Shown one piece after another: positions 14,420 through 27,341 of a stretch of DNA of 64,000 nt. The notes under the pieces were generated by a model. It searched no databases and was not told the origin of the DNA. It saw only the letters and a list, made by a program, of their open reading frames with translations. How positions within the stretch are numbered: the first letter of the stretch is position 1; each line of letters starts with the position of its first letter. Where the stretch lies: NCBI GenBank assembly GCA_951406725.2, contig OX597827.1, forward strand, positions 26,660,001 to 26,724,000, given 5' to 3'. The DNA is from Octopus vulgaris (lineage: Eukaryota). The position numbers and the translations under genes were made by a program.

Positions 14420-14753
14420 GAAAAATACAAACTGGGACAAGAACGTAAAACATTTAGAAGACGATACAAAAAACACGGACGGGACATTCGAAGCCTTCAA
14501 TCTTCAGTCAAGAACCGGATCATCCTAGCAATTTCGGCTGATTAATCTTAAGATCGCTCCGATCCGGCCAGCCCCAAGGAAAAACTAAGCTACGAGCATT
14601 AGATTTTTTGGTAGAAGGATCGAATGTTTACGAAACAGGGACAGAAAAACGGACGATGCCACACGAATAAAAAATACAAAAAACAATAATGGTAAAAACA
14701 GGACAAAAACAGCGGGTGTCTTACAACTAATAAACAGTACAACAAGTTTAGCT

Positions 14754-14793
<40 letters not shown>

Positions 14794-14912
14794 TAATCAT
14801 CTATCCATCCTCATACAGAGAGAGAGAAAGAGACAGCGATACATGCAGCTAGCCATCTATTCACAGACATATATACTTACATAGATACATGCATATATAT
14901 CAGCGCGTGTAC

Positions 14913-14947
<35 letters not shown>

Positions 14948-15974
14948 TGTGTGCGCGTGTGTGTGTGTGCGTGTGTCTGTGTGCGTGTGTCTGTGTGCGT
15001 GTGTCTGTGTGTGTGGGCGTGCACCAGACCCAAATTAGTGGACATGCTACGTTTGTATTTACATAGCTTCATCACTGGGAGTGGTGTTAGGCGAATGCTG
15101 GATGGGCATGGTGGGGGGAAGGGTGCGTGTATGTTGGTGTAGGGGACGCGGTGGAAACAATTTGTTGGTGGCCGGCTTATTTATTTATGGGGATTAAGAG
15201 GGGCCACTTGTAGTAAAAGACGTTGATGGGAACTAAATGGAATACACACCCTCCTTCATTTGATGGCAATGAATATTTCAACAACACACGCATGTACAAA
15301 CGCACACACACATGCACACGCATAAACACATGAAAAGACATACACACATACACATGCACAAAACAAACACACATGCACAAACACGTGCACAAGCTTATAT
15401 ATATATACATATATATACATATATATAAACACACTCTGACGTATATAGCCACAACAGACAGACATACACACATATATATATACATACACACGCTCGACCC
15501 CTCCTTTCTTGTATATATGTCAAATAAGTTCAAACCACAGGAGAGTATGGGGGTTCCTCCAACCTCCACCCCATCCTCACATACAACCTTCCCTTCTCAA
15601 CTTATTACCCACCCCCTGTCTCTCACTATTACTTCCTGATCGCCATTTTTCACTTCTCTTCCGCTTCAAGTCGCCACGATAGATGGCAACGGTCAGTTAG
15701 AGTGACATTTGACGCCAGGTCTCTGTTTGCACGACGAATTTGTATGTTTTGACCACCCATGGTTAAAACACACATAAGCAGAGGCGTGCATGCATGCAGT
15801 CATACATACACACTCACACACATACATACACACACACATACATACACACACACACATACATACATACACACATACATACATACACACACATGCATACATA
15901 CATACATACGTACATACATACGAGTGTGTGTTGCGTATATATACACGTACATGTACACAGAAACATATGTATAT

Positions 15975-16029
<55 letters not shown>

Positions 16030-16760
16030 AGTATGTATGTATGTATATGTATACATATATATATGTATGTGTGTATATATATATATATTTGTATGTATAT
16101 ATGTATGCATGTATATATATATATATGCATTTATATATATATGCATGTATGTATATATGTATGTATGCATATATGTATGTATATATATATGTGTGTATGT
16201 ATATATATATATGTATATATGTATGTATATATACACACACATGTATGTCGACATATGGGTGCATGTGTGTGAGTATGTGTACGTGTGTGTGCGTGTGTGG
16301 CTACTACATTCAATAGGCAACAAGTCGTCTTGTTGTTTCCTCCGCACTTTAACCTCCCACCCGTTTACAGCATTGAGAATCTGCGTGGTTGCTCCTTCTG
16401 CCAGAAATAACAGCCCGTACACCACACCATTTTTAAATAAGGGGAAGGCACATCAAATCGTGCTGTTTTACATATCAAAAAATTGACACTCATGGCTGGA
16501 ATAGTGATTACTTATACGTTTAGGGGATCGGAGGTTTCCTGGGGCTAAAACAACAACACTTTCTAAATTTGGCACAAAGGCTTATATTTTTGTGGGGAGG
16601 GGGACTTCGTCGATAACACCAGCCTCAAAACTGCTGACGAGATACCTTCTTTTATTGACCGGGAGGGATGAATGGTAAAGTTAACCTCCGACATTATTTG
16701 CCCTAAGAATGTAAAGAGCCGGAACAAATTCTGCAAAGTCATTTTGTTAAGCAACAGCAC

Positions 16761-16805
<45 letters not shown>

Positions 16806-17619
16806 CACATATATTTTTCTCCTTCTTTTCATGTACCCAATCCATATAGCTTACCCATGGAGCCAGACTATACAGTCATACACATTCCTTATGTTTTCGA
16901 AACACCAGCGCTCCTTCAAATCTATCGATAACTTGCCTTTGGTTCCGTCCTTGTGCTAAGATGCACAAACTTAGCAATACCAACCACACCCTTCACAATT
17001 AAGTTTACATCTCAAGCAATGCGTAACCTCCACAGCGATGTCACTTGTGCCCCCAAATTTAATATTAGTTGTAAAAGAAAGCATAATGCACACCGTTCTT
17101 ATGAGGCATCAATACTCGGTTGATTCAATTTTCCACAACATGCTTCCGTCACAATTTCCACAATTCAGTTAGTTATCTCTCACACCACTCTTTACACTGG
17201 ATTCCCAACTTTTCTACTTTAATTTCACACTTCTTCAATACTGCAGATTTCTTTTGTCACAATACCTCGCCATCTTTTGTTATTTTGGTGAGATATCCTA
17301 CTGCTTCTTATCCCACCCCTCTTCAGCCAGTTCATTCTGTACAATACCTTTAACATTTTAGGCATTCAACTTACTCCGTTGAATGTAAAACTAAAGGATT
17401 CATATTGTTCTGAATTGATCATGTTTTGTCTTGTAGCTTCAAAATTTTGATGATCAGGGTGTGTACTTTTAGAATAACATTGTATGGTAGGTGTAAGAGG
17501 CAAGATCCGGACAGTTTGAACATAAAACAGATATAACCTTTGGGCTGGATTAAAGGGCCAGTTTAAATGCTGAAGTGTTAAACTCTTTCGATTCCAGGTC
17601 ACGCAGCAACAAAGATCCC

Positions 17620-17850
17620 CGTTTTTTGAGATTTTGTTTGAGAGTTAAGCAAGAATTTATTAGTGATGCATTCTTTTGAACATGCCGAAGTAGATGTACA
17701 AGAGTAGCTCGTTCGGTAAGACTCTAATCGGGCATGAGGTGTTACTGTATTGACTTCTGGAAAGCTATTGCAGATTCCATTTGAGGGCGTGACTGAGCTA
17801 GGTAAATCTGTGCAAGCTCGACTAGATGACCAAAGATATTAAAAGGCATC
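17620..17850 (-). pseudogene. Possible ancient CR1-group LINE ORF2 remnant
   Basis: Minus translation LAQIYLAQSRPQME...LLRHVQKNASLI resembles the CR1 thumb pattern; contains stops. Confidence 0.3.
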
Positions 17851-18198
17851 ATAAATATTGGATTAGCTCTATCTCTCTCTCTCTCTCTCTCTGTCTTTTC
17901 CTCTTTCTCTCTCCTTCACTCTCACTCTATGTATATATACGCGCGTGTGTATGCGCGTGTAGCGATGGTTACAACGACGAGTGTCCCAACTAACTGATCG
18001 ACGGAACAGCCTGCTCGTGAAATTAACGGGCTAAGTTACTGCTACGTAAGAACACCAATACTGGTTGGTAAACCATGGTGAAAGACAAACACAGACACAA
18101 AGCACACACACTCACACAGACACTCACTCACATACTCACACACATACATACATACATACATACATATATATGTGTGTGTGTGTGTGTGTATGTGTATG

Positions 18199-18231
<33 letters not shown>

Positions 18232-18589
18232 CTATATATATATATACGAGGGACTTCTTTCAGTTTCCGTCTACCAGATCTGCTCTCGGACCATGTGGTT
18301 GGGAAACACGCTTTTTACCACACAGACTCACCATCACCTATGTTCATATTTCCTATATAGAAGGTTTAGGAAAATCACAACATTGTAACAACATTTAAGC
18401 CAGAGGAGGGATTATACCATGTTATATTTATAAAATAAATGCAACAACAATATTTGAATCAGAGACGTAATTGTACCTCCGTGTACCACATAACTTTACA
18501 CTAGAGTGGCAACTTCGACGAAGCAAGGCGTCTATACTCTAAGATTGTAGCACCGTGAATTTTATGATGTTGCTGCTTTTGTTGACGAA

Positions 18590-19094
18590 GACGACGACGA
18601 TGATGATGATGATGTTGATGATGATGACGAAGGTGATGATGACCATAACTATGGCAACGGAAGCAAAGATGATATTAAAGAGAAGGGGGCGTAATGCTAA
18701 TGATGATGATGACGATGAGGGTGATGGTGATGACCATGGTGGTGGTGGTGCTGCTGCTGCTGCTGATGTTGCTCCTGCTGCTACTGGTGGTAGTGGTGGT
18801 GTTGTGGTGATGCTGGGAGTGCTGCTGCTGTTGCTGGTGGTGATGGTGGTGATGAATATGAAGCTGATGATGATGATGCTGCCCCTGCTGTTGCTGCTGG
18901 TGGTGGCGGTGATGGTAATGATGAGGATGATAATGTTGGTGATGATGATGATGATGACGGGGGTACCGCCGCTGCTGCTGCTATTGTTGGTGGTGATGAT
19001 GAAGGTAATGATGATAATGATGATAGTGTTGGTGACGATGATGATGGAGGTACTACTGTGCTCCTACTGTTGCTGCTGTGGTGTTTATGATGAA

Positions 19095-19136
<42 letters not shown>

Positions 19137-19950
19137 AGTGTTGGTGATGATAATGATGATGGACATAATCAGTATTTTGAAACATTTAACACTAAGATTA
19201 TAAAAGAATTCATTATCCTTTTTGTTGATATTTCATTGCTTTTTGGAAATTTTTTGTTCTTTTCTTTTGTTTTTGTTTTAATACTTTTTGCCTTTCGTTT
19301 TTCTTTTTTAGCTTCTCAATTGTTAACAAATTTGTTTCATCTTTCAAGAATTCTTTTGTAATGATCGACGATGACACTGGTGGTGGCGGTGGTGGTGGTG
19401 GAGGCTGTGGTGGTATTATAATGGTGGCGTTGGTGGTGATGGTGGTTGTGGTAGCAGTTGTTGTGTGGTGACGGTGGTTACGGTGCCGGCGATGGTGGTG
19501 GTGGTGGTGGTGATGTTGTTCGTAGTGGTTACCGTGGAACTGGCGACGATGGAAACGGCAATAAGTCTGTAGAATCACCAAGAAGTCACAGCAGAGGCGT
19601 GGAGACAAGGAGATTTCGTTAGATGGAACTTCAGGAATGCGTCTGCACGAAGACCGTCACCACCACACCACCACCGCCGCTCTCACCACTACAATCACTT
19701 AAGCATTAGTGACCAGCATTAATACCAACTTCATCATCACCACCACCACTTAAACCATCGCCACCACCACCACCAATGGACCAACTTCATCGCCGTTACC
19801 ACCGTCCCCACCACCACTCCTATTTCCCAGTTAGTGATCACTGTTTACACCAACTTTACCTTCACCATCACCACCACCACCATCATAATCATAACATTCT
19901 TCCTATTCACCTTCATCATCACCATCACCATCATCACCATCATCACCATC

Positions 19951-19981
<31 letters not shown>

Positions 19982-21148
19982 CCATCATCCTATCGTCATC
20001 ATCATCATCACCATCCTCCTCATCATCATCAACATCATCACCATCATCATAATCATCACCATCACCATCATCGTCATCACCATCATCATCATCATCATCA
20101 TAGTCATCATCATCACCATCATCATCATAGTCATCATCATCACTATAGTCATCATCATCAGTACCACTATCACTGTCGTCAAAACCATCACCGCCATCAC
20201 CATCATCACAACTACCACCGTTATCACCACCACCACCACTACCACCTCTGCTACTATTGCTAGTTAACTTTTAGTGACCTTCATTAACACCTATTCCGTT
20301 ACGAGAACAACTAAAAACAGCAGCAGTAACACCTCCACCACCACCTCCAATACCATCCACATCACCATCATCACCATCATTACCACCGCCAGCACCACTG
20401 CCGCCACCACTAATACATACCATTAGTGCCATCTCCAGCACCCGTGATATTATCACCACCTCCACACCAGCAGCACCACCACATCCACCGCCACCCGAAA
20501 TAACCACCCTCACCATGATTCGAACCCTCCCCAACTATCTAACCCGCATTTGCATCTTCTAATACAGTTATGGTTGATGTTCAGGTTGCTGCTTCTGCTG
20601 TTGTTGTTGCTGTTATTGTTGTTGTTGTTGCTGTTGTTGTTACTACCTCCACCTTAGCGAAGGCGGAGGTATTGTTTTCAGTCATATTTGTTTGTCCGTG
20701 GACAAGATATCTCAAGAACCGCTGGATGGATTTGGATAAAACTTTCAGGGATGTTTGGCCTCGTGCCTAGCACGAACTGATTAGATCTTAGTATCAATCC
20801 TGTACCGGACAAGGATTCTGGGTAATCTTTCTTGTTCTTTCTTTTACTTAAGTTTTGAGATCGGTTGGGTTCATTTTTATTATTCTCGTTTGTGAGAGCA
20901 GTCGAATATATTGCAGATATTCTCATCTTAAAAATCATCTCTGGCTAAGCGTTCTGTGACTGCTCTTGTTGTTGTTGTTGTTGTTGTTATTGTTGTTGTT
21001 ACTTCTGCTGTTGATGTTATTCTTGCTTCTGTTGTTGTTTTTGTTGCTTCTGTTGTCGTTGTTGTTGTCGTTATTGCTGTTATTGTTGTTGTTGTATTTG
21101 TTGTCGCTGTTGTTAGGTTCCGTTATTTGGCTTAAATATTAATATTAC

Positions 21149-21244
<96 letters not shown>

Positions 21245-21245
21245 A
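18590..21245. repeat. Trinucleotide low-complexity field (GAT/GGT, then CAT/CAC, then GTT/ATT)
   Basis: Directly visible. Confidence 0.9.
20645..20960 (+). mobile_element. Helentron-associated (HINE/DINE-like) non-autonomous element, truncated
   Basis: Terminal hairpin acctccacctt-agcg-aaggcggaggt, then tttgtttgtcc...ggatggatttggataaaactttcagg, a layout typical of this class. Confidence 0.45.
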
Positions 21246-21249
21246 GTAT

Positions 21250-21645
21250 GGTTGCGAATTGGCTGAAATCCTTAGCACGTTGCACCAAATGCTTAGCGGT
21301 ATTTCGTCTGTCGTTACGTTGAGAGTTCAAATTCCGCCGAGGTCGACTTTGCCTTTCATCCTTTCGGGTCGATTAAATAAGTACCAGTTACGCACTGGGG
21401 TTGAAATAATCGAGTTAATCCGTTTGTATGCCCTTGTTTGTCCTCTCTGTGTTTAGCCCCTTGTGAGTAGTAAAGCAATAGGTATTTCGGCTCTCGCTAC
21501 ATTCTGAGTTCAAATTCTGCCGAGATCGACTTTGCCTTTCATTCTTTCAGGGTCAATAAATTAAGTACCAGTGAAATACAGGGTCATTCTAACCAACTGC
21601 TACCCTCCCCCAAAATAGCTGCTCTTGTGGCAAAATTTGAAACCA
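21250..21645 (+). mobile_element. SINE family A, duplicated form
   Basis: Colinear with 4103-4503. Confidence 0.8.
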
Positions 21646-21649
21646 TTAT

Positions 21650-22054
<405 letters not shown>

Positions 22055-22589
22055 TTGAGTGAGAGAGCAGTGCATGCCATCAATGTGACACTAGGGTACA
22101 AATATACGAAGCCCAGTATACCCATCATGACTACCCGTCTCATAAGGGTACACCAGGCACTTGCATCACAACCATATGTACACGACATGGTGATCTCATA
22201 TCAAGATAGACAGCGTATGACATTGCAGGTGGGGCTCAGTTAGAATTTCCTTCTGGTCGTGTAGCCCATCCCGCTCAAAAAGTCCCCGAATAAGGGTTGT
22301 TTAAGGATGTTGAACGAAACACCTATGTTTCCAGAGGGGAATTATTCAAACTCCAAAAGAATCCCTCTCAACACATGGTTATGATGCTCCCCAACTACTT
22401 CTGCTCCTGATCAGAGATGCACATATCGTCAGCCACTAAGGGACATGCTCAACTGGTGAAGGTCAAACAACTGACAAGCAAATCTGTGGTATTAAGCAGA
22501 ATATTTGCTGTAGCCCATCTTTTATACCAAGGGAAAACAATGTAGAGGATAATACTTCTAATCAGAATATATATTCATATATATATATA

Positions 22590-22870
22590 CTCTTTTACTT
22601 GTTTCAGACTTATTTTTTAATCGTAGTACTTATTCTATCAGACTCTTTTACCGGTTGTCAAGAGGTGATGGTGCGGGGGCGAATAAACATAGACACAAAA
22701 TGAGACACATAGATATATACACATATATACGACGGGCTTGTTTCAGTTTCCGTCTACCAAACCCACTCGGAAGGCTTTGGTTGGCCCCAGGCTATAGTGG
22801 AAGACACTTGCCCAAGGTTCCAAGCAGTGGGACTGAACCCGGAACCATGTTGTTGGGAAGCAAGCTTCTT
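22590..22870 (-). mobile_element. SINE family B with deletions
   Basis: gacacttgcccaagg...gggactgaacccggaaccatg. Confidence 0.75.
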
Positions 22871-23600
22871 ACGCATTTTTCTTTAATATATTTCCTTCGT
22901 CTTTTACCATTTCATGTTTGTCTTTCCCTTTCATCTTTCTAACATAAATTCTTATTCATTTCATTTAATTTATTTTTAAATCACAACCCATTAATAAAAG
23001 AACTATTTTAAAAATTTTATTATATTTATTTTCTCCTTTTATGTACAACAGAGTGTTTTTTTCGTTTTTTTCTCAAAGCATTAATGGAATAATTTTTACC
23101 ATATTTTAACCCCACCCCTCTCATTTAATCATGCATGACAACAAAGACAAAATAACATAAACATATACATCAAAATAAAAGCTAAAACAAAAAACACTAC
23201 ACTGTCACTATTTACTTTTTAAGTTGCTATCACATGTTACGGCTGGTCGCCAGATTTTGTCCAACAAAGAAGATGGCAAAGAAAAGAAGAAAAGAAAATA
23301 GATTTGTATTAGCAATATTGATTCGCTTCTTGTTTGTCACAATGAAGGAAACAAGCACTCGCACACACTCACGCAGGCGCAGGCACACACACGAATACAA
23401 ACGCATGCGCACGCACACACACACATACACACACACAGACGTCCGCACACAGTTGCTCACATGCATTCGTGCGCACTTGCACGCACGGAGCAAAGAACGA
23501 CAGCAAATAAAGACAATCGGCATCATCGATTGACGTCCGTTATCCATGCTGACATGGGTTGGACGGAGATATATAAAAGAAATAGAGATGTAAAGCAGTC

Positions 23601-23637
<37 letters not shown>

Positions 23638-23744
23638 GTGTCTGTATGTATGAATATTTAAGGACGTGTAGAGGCATACGTATATATGCTTCTGTGTATA
23701 TATGTATCTATGTGTGTGTGTATGTGTATATATACATATATATG

Positions 23745-23788
<44 letters not shown>

Positions 23789-23790
<2 letters not shown>

Positions 23791-24000
23791 CGCAGCAGTG
23801 GCTGTGTAGTAAGAAGCCTGCATGGTTCTGGGTTCAGTCCCATTGCGTGGTACCTTGGGCAAGTATCTTCCACTCGCCTCGGGCCGACCAAAACCTTGTG
23901 AGTGGAAACTGAAAGAAGCCTGTCATGTATATGTGTGTGTTCGTATTTATTTGTGTGTTTGTGTTTATCGCCCCACCATCTCTTGACAACACACAGTTAT
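23789..24000 (+). mobile_element. SINE family B, 5' part
   Basis: ggcgcagcagtggctgtgtagtaag...gggttcagtccc...accttgggcaagt. Confidence 0.75.
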
Positions 24001-24089
24001 CGGTTGTAATGCGATGGCAGGGTGACAAACACTCACACTCACGTTCGCGCGCGTGTGCATGTATGTATATACTTCTATACTTTTACACC

Positions 24090-24376
24090 TTAACTTGTTT
24101 CAGTTATTTCACTGAGGTCATTTTGCCGAAACGCTAAGATATGAGGGCGTAAATTCAACAGCATCGGTTGTCAAGCGATGGAGTGGAGGGACAAATAAAG
24201 ACACACAAATACATACATATATATACGGCGGGCTTTTTCAGTTTCCCTCTATCAAATCCACTTACAAGGCTTTGGTCGGCTATCGCAGAAGACACTTGCC
24301 CAAGGTGCCACACAGTGGGACTGAACCCGGGACCAAGTGGTTGGGAACCAAGCTTCTCACCACACAGCCACTCCTA
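24090..24376 (-). mobile_element. SINE family B
   Basis: Reverse-complement copy, inverted relative to 23789-24000. Confidence 0.75.
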
Positions 24377-24689
24377 TGAGTGTGTGTGTGTGTGTACACT
24401 CCCTTATACTTACACATATACATATGTAACAATTCATATGATAATTACAAAATATTTAAAGGGCAACCATTGATGGCCCTCCGTCGGTTACGACAAGTTT
24501 TCCAGTTGATGCGATCAACAGAACAGCCTACTTGTGAAATTAAAGTCCAAGTGGTTGAGTACACCATAGACACGTGAAGTGTTAGCGTAGTATTCAGAGA
24601 CTTTCAGCGTGACACAGAGTGTGACCAGACTTGCCCCTTTTGAATTACAGGTACTATTCACATTTACCTGCTGAATGAACTGGAGCAGC

Positions 24690-24860
24690 GTTTCGGGACT
24701 TTTCGTTCGATTTTTCGTTCTGACTTCAAATTCCACCGACGTCCACTTTGCCTTTCATTATTTCGTGATCTTTAAAATAAATACCAGTTGAATACTGGGG
24801 TCGATGTAATTGACTTACACACTTCGACCAATTGCTGGCCTTGTGCCAAAATCTGAAATA
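24690..24860 (+). mobile_element. SINE family A, 3' part
   Basis: ttcaaattccaccgacgtccactttgcctttcat...ggggtcgatgtaat. Confidence 0.7.
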
Positions 24861-25290
24861 ATTATTTATTTATTTATTTATTTATTTAATTATTTACTTA
24901 CTTTCGTTTTCTTTCGGTGTGTCCGTATTAAAAGACGCTAATGAGCAGTTTACGGCAATGGTGTCCTTAGTTATTCAATTTCCCCCTTCTTCCTTTTCCT
25001 TTATAATCAAAATAAACAAACAAAAATAACAATAAGCAACAAAGAAAGAAAAAAGAACAAAGATAAAAAAATAAAGAGTGCAAATAAAAATACAAAAAAA
25101 ACAAGCAAATTCTTTGGCTTTTCATCTCGATGCCATCTGAGGTTCTTTAGTGTTATTTGATGCGCATTTATTGGGGAGTAAATTGGTATTTAAACCAGTT
25201 CGATTTCAGATCGATATTACAATGAAATTTTTGTGTTATGCGGTTGTTAATTAACGAGCGAAGCATCATCAGAACCCTGCCGCTTGCATT

Positions 25291-25365
<75 letters not shown>

Positions 25366-25454
25366 GTGTGTGCGTGTAATTATAGTGACCGCGTGTGTAC
25401 CGTTGGCGATTTTTTTCCTCTCTCTTCCCTTCTCTGGATCTTTCCTTCTCCTAT

Positions 25455-25489
25455 GTTTCCGACGAAGAGCTCCGCTCGAAACGTAAAAC
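25455..25489 (+). ncRNA. Minimal hammerhead motif, U4C core variant
   Basis: Stem I GUUU/AAAC, CCGACGA+A, stem II GAGC-UCC-GCUC, GAAA, stem III ACGU, GUA triplet. Lies in a ~25380-25590 element between (TG)n and (TA)n. Confidence 0.6.
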
Positions 25490-25693
25490 CGTCCTTCTCC
25501 CTTCCTTCCTGAGCGTCCAATAATACTATATTTGTTCCACGTCCTCGCGTTGTTGTGTTTTCTCCTTCTGTTTTCATATTTGGATTAACTATATATATAT
25601 AATGGTTGTATACTGTCAATCTCTCTCTCTATATATATATAAGAAATATTGAATTTCTAAATCTCTCGTAGAGACCTGTACGGTGGTGGGGCG

Positions 25694-25959
25694 ATAGAAT
25701 GGTTGTATACTGTCAATCTAACAAGAACGTGACAGTAGGGGGTACACCACCGTTGTATAGCCCTAGGAGGCATCGAACGCCTCCTGACAGTTCGACACAT
25801 TTTTTCCCTGTGTCCTTCGTATGTGTCCTTATATACATATACGAAGGACACAGGGAAAAATGTGTCGAAGCTGTCAGGAGGCGTTCGATGCCTCCTAGGG
25901 CTATACAACGGTGGTGTACCCCCTACTGTCACGTTCTTGTTAGATTGAAAGTATACAAC

Positions 25960-25967
<8 letters not shown>
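25694..25967. repeat. Near-perfect palindrome with ~133-bp arms (probable inverted PLE terminal repeats)
   Basis: 25694-25826 is the reverse complement of 25835-25967, with few mismatches. (TA)n flanks. Confidence 0.9.
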
Positions 25968-26001
<34 letters not shown>

Positions 26002-26077
26002 TGCAGCGTGGAAGGTGTTTGTAAGTCATTTAAGAAACACAAAAAGCCGTTCGATTCACTTCAACATTTAAGTTTAA

Positions 26078-26128
26078 TTTGTCAAAATATTTTCGTCGCT
26101 TTAAGACCGCGACCTGTTCACTGACAAA
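26078..26128 (-). ncRNA. Hammerhead motif, G3-C8 variant (left arm)
   Basis: UUUGUCA-GUGAACA-G-GUCGC..GCGAC-GAAA-AUAUUU-UGACAAA. Confidence 0.65.
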
Positions 26129-26136
26129 TATCCGTT

Positions 26137-26187
26137 TTTGTCAGTGAACAGGTCGCGGTCTTAAAGCGACGAAAATATTTTGACAGA
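26137..26187 (+). ncRNA. Hammerhead motif, G3-C8 variant (right arm)
   Basis: UUUGUCA-GUGAACA(26144-26150)-G-GUCGC..GCGAC-GAAA(26171-26174)-AUAUUU-UGACAGA. Confidence 0.65.
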
Positions 26188-26322
26188 TTAAACTTAAATG
26201 TTGAAGTGAATCGAACGGCTTTTGTGTGTTTCTTAAATGGCTTACAAACACCTTCCACGCAGCAATTGTTTTCGTTTCAGCACACGATCTCAGATCAAAT
26301 CATTTGCTACGCAAGTACATCT

Positions 26323-26389
<67 letters not shown>

Positions 26390-26434
26390 AGCAATCATCT
26401 AAACGTTTTTTGTGCATTTTGATGTTGACATAAG

Positions 26435-26533
26435 TTCCTTGCTTTTCCTGATGAGAAAGCGGCATAATGTACTCCTCATTCCTTCGCAATTAGGAATATG
26501 CAGCCTTCGAAACCTATGTCGAAAATAAAGGAA
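26435..26533 (+). ncRNA. Type-I hammerhead motif with extended stems I and II
   Basis: Stem I UUCCUU..UUUUC/GAAAA..AAGGAA, CUGAUGA 26448-26454, stem II GAAAGCGGCAUA/UAUGCAGCCUUC (2 mismatches), GAAA, GUC triplet at 26518-26520. Confidence 0.75.
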
Positions 26534-26571
26534 TTTTGTTAATTCGTCGTTCAACTCCATTCTTTCATATA

Positions 26572-26613
<42 letters not shown>

Positions 26614-26676
26614 CACGCACACACACACATACATGCACACACATATACATACACATACATATATATACATACATAA

Positions 26677-26707
<31 letters not shown>

Positions 26708-26739
26708 AATATACATACATACATATACATATATATATA

Positions 26740-26782
<43 letters not shown>

Positions 26783-27341
26783 CCTATACATCTTACACAC
26801 AGATAGACACACGGCAAAAAGCATATATATAACTATACATATATGTATACATGTGTGTGTGTATGTGCGTTGTGTATCCTTTATATGTGTATGTGTATAT
26901 ATATATATACACATATGTACATAATTGCACTTGTGTGTGCATATGTATCTCTGTGGGCATTATATAACATACGTATAAATATTTATATATGCAGACCTAT
27001 ATTTTCTACAGATATATAAACACAATCGCTCGTGGTCCCCTGCTGTCATAGTGAGAGTTAAATATGTTTATCAGACATAAAATGTATACTGTGCATGATA
27101 ATGTAACAGCTAAAATATAGAATATTATGTTTATTCTAAAATTTCAGATATTTACATATTGTAACTTTTATATGCATATCCATGCCTATATCATCACAAA
27201 CATGGTGTATAAATAAGCCCATATATATATAAAGTTCACAGTTTAGGTGTAGCCTTGGAAAGAAAAACCTACAAAAAAGACCAAGGTCACCTCAGACAGT
27301 TTGAAAATGAACACATCAGTAAGTCACCTTGTCTCTTTTGG

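Larger units (their letters stand above)
25999..26325. mobile_element. Palindromic PLE-type element (~130-bp arms plus one-sided extension)
   Basis: 25999-26128 is inverted at 26137-26267; extension 26268-26325; (TA)n both sides; a hammerhead fold in each arm. Confidence 0.75.

Noticed and set aside
14430-14755. Repeat between (TA)n tracts with minus-strand GGCTG/CAGCC-GAAA and CTGAAGA
   Set aside because: The core parts cannot be assembled into a valid hammerhead topology.
18555-20267. Long poly-M/D/H/I ORFs
   Set aside because: Trinucleotide repeats open in several frames; no splice or domain support.
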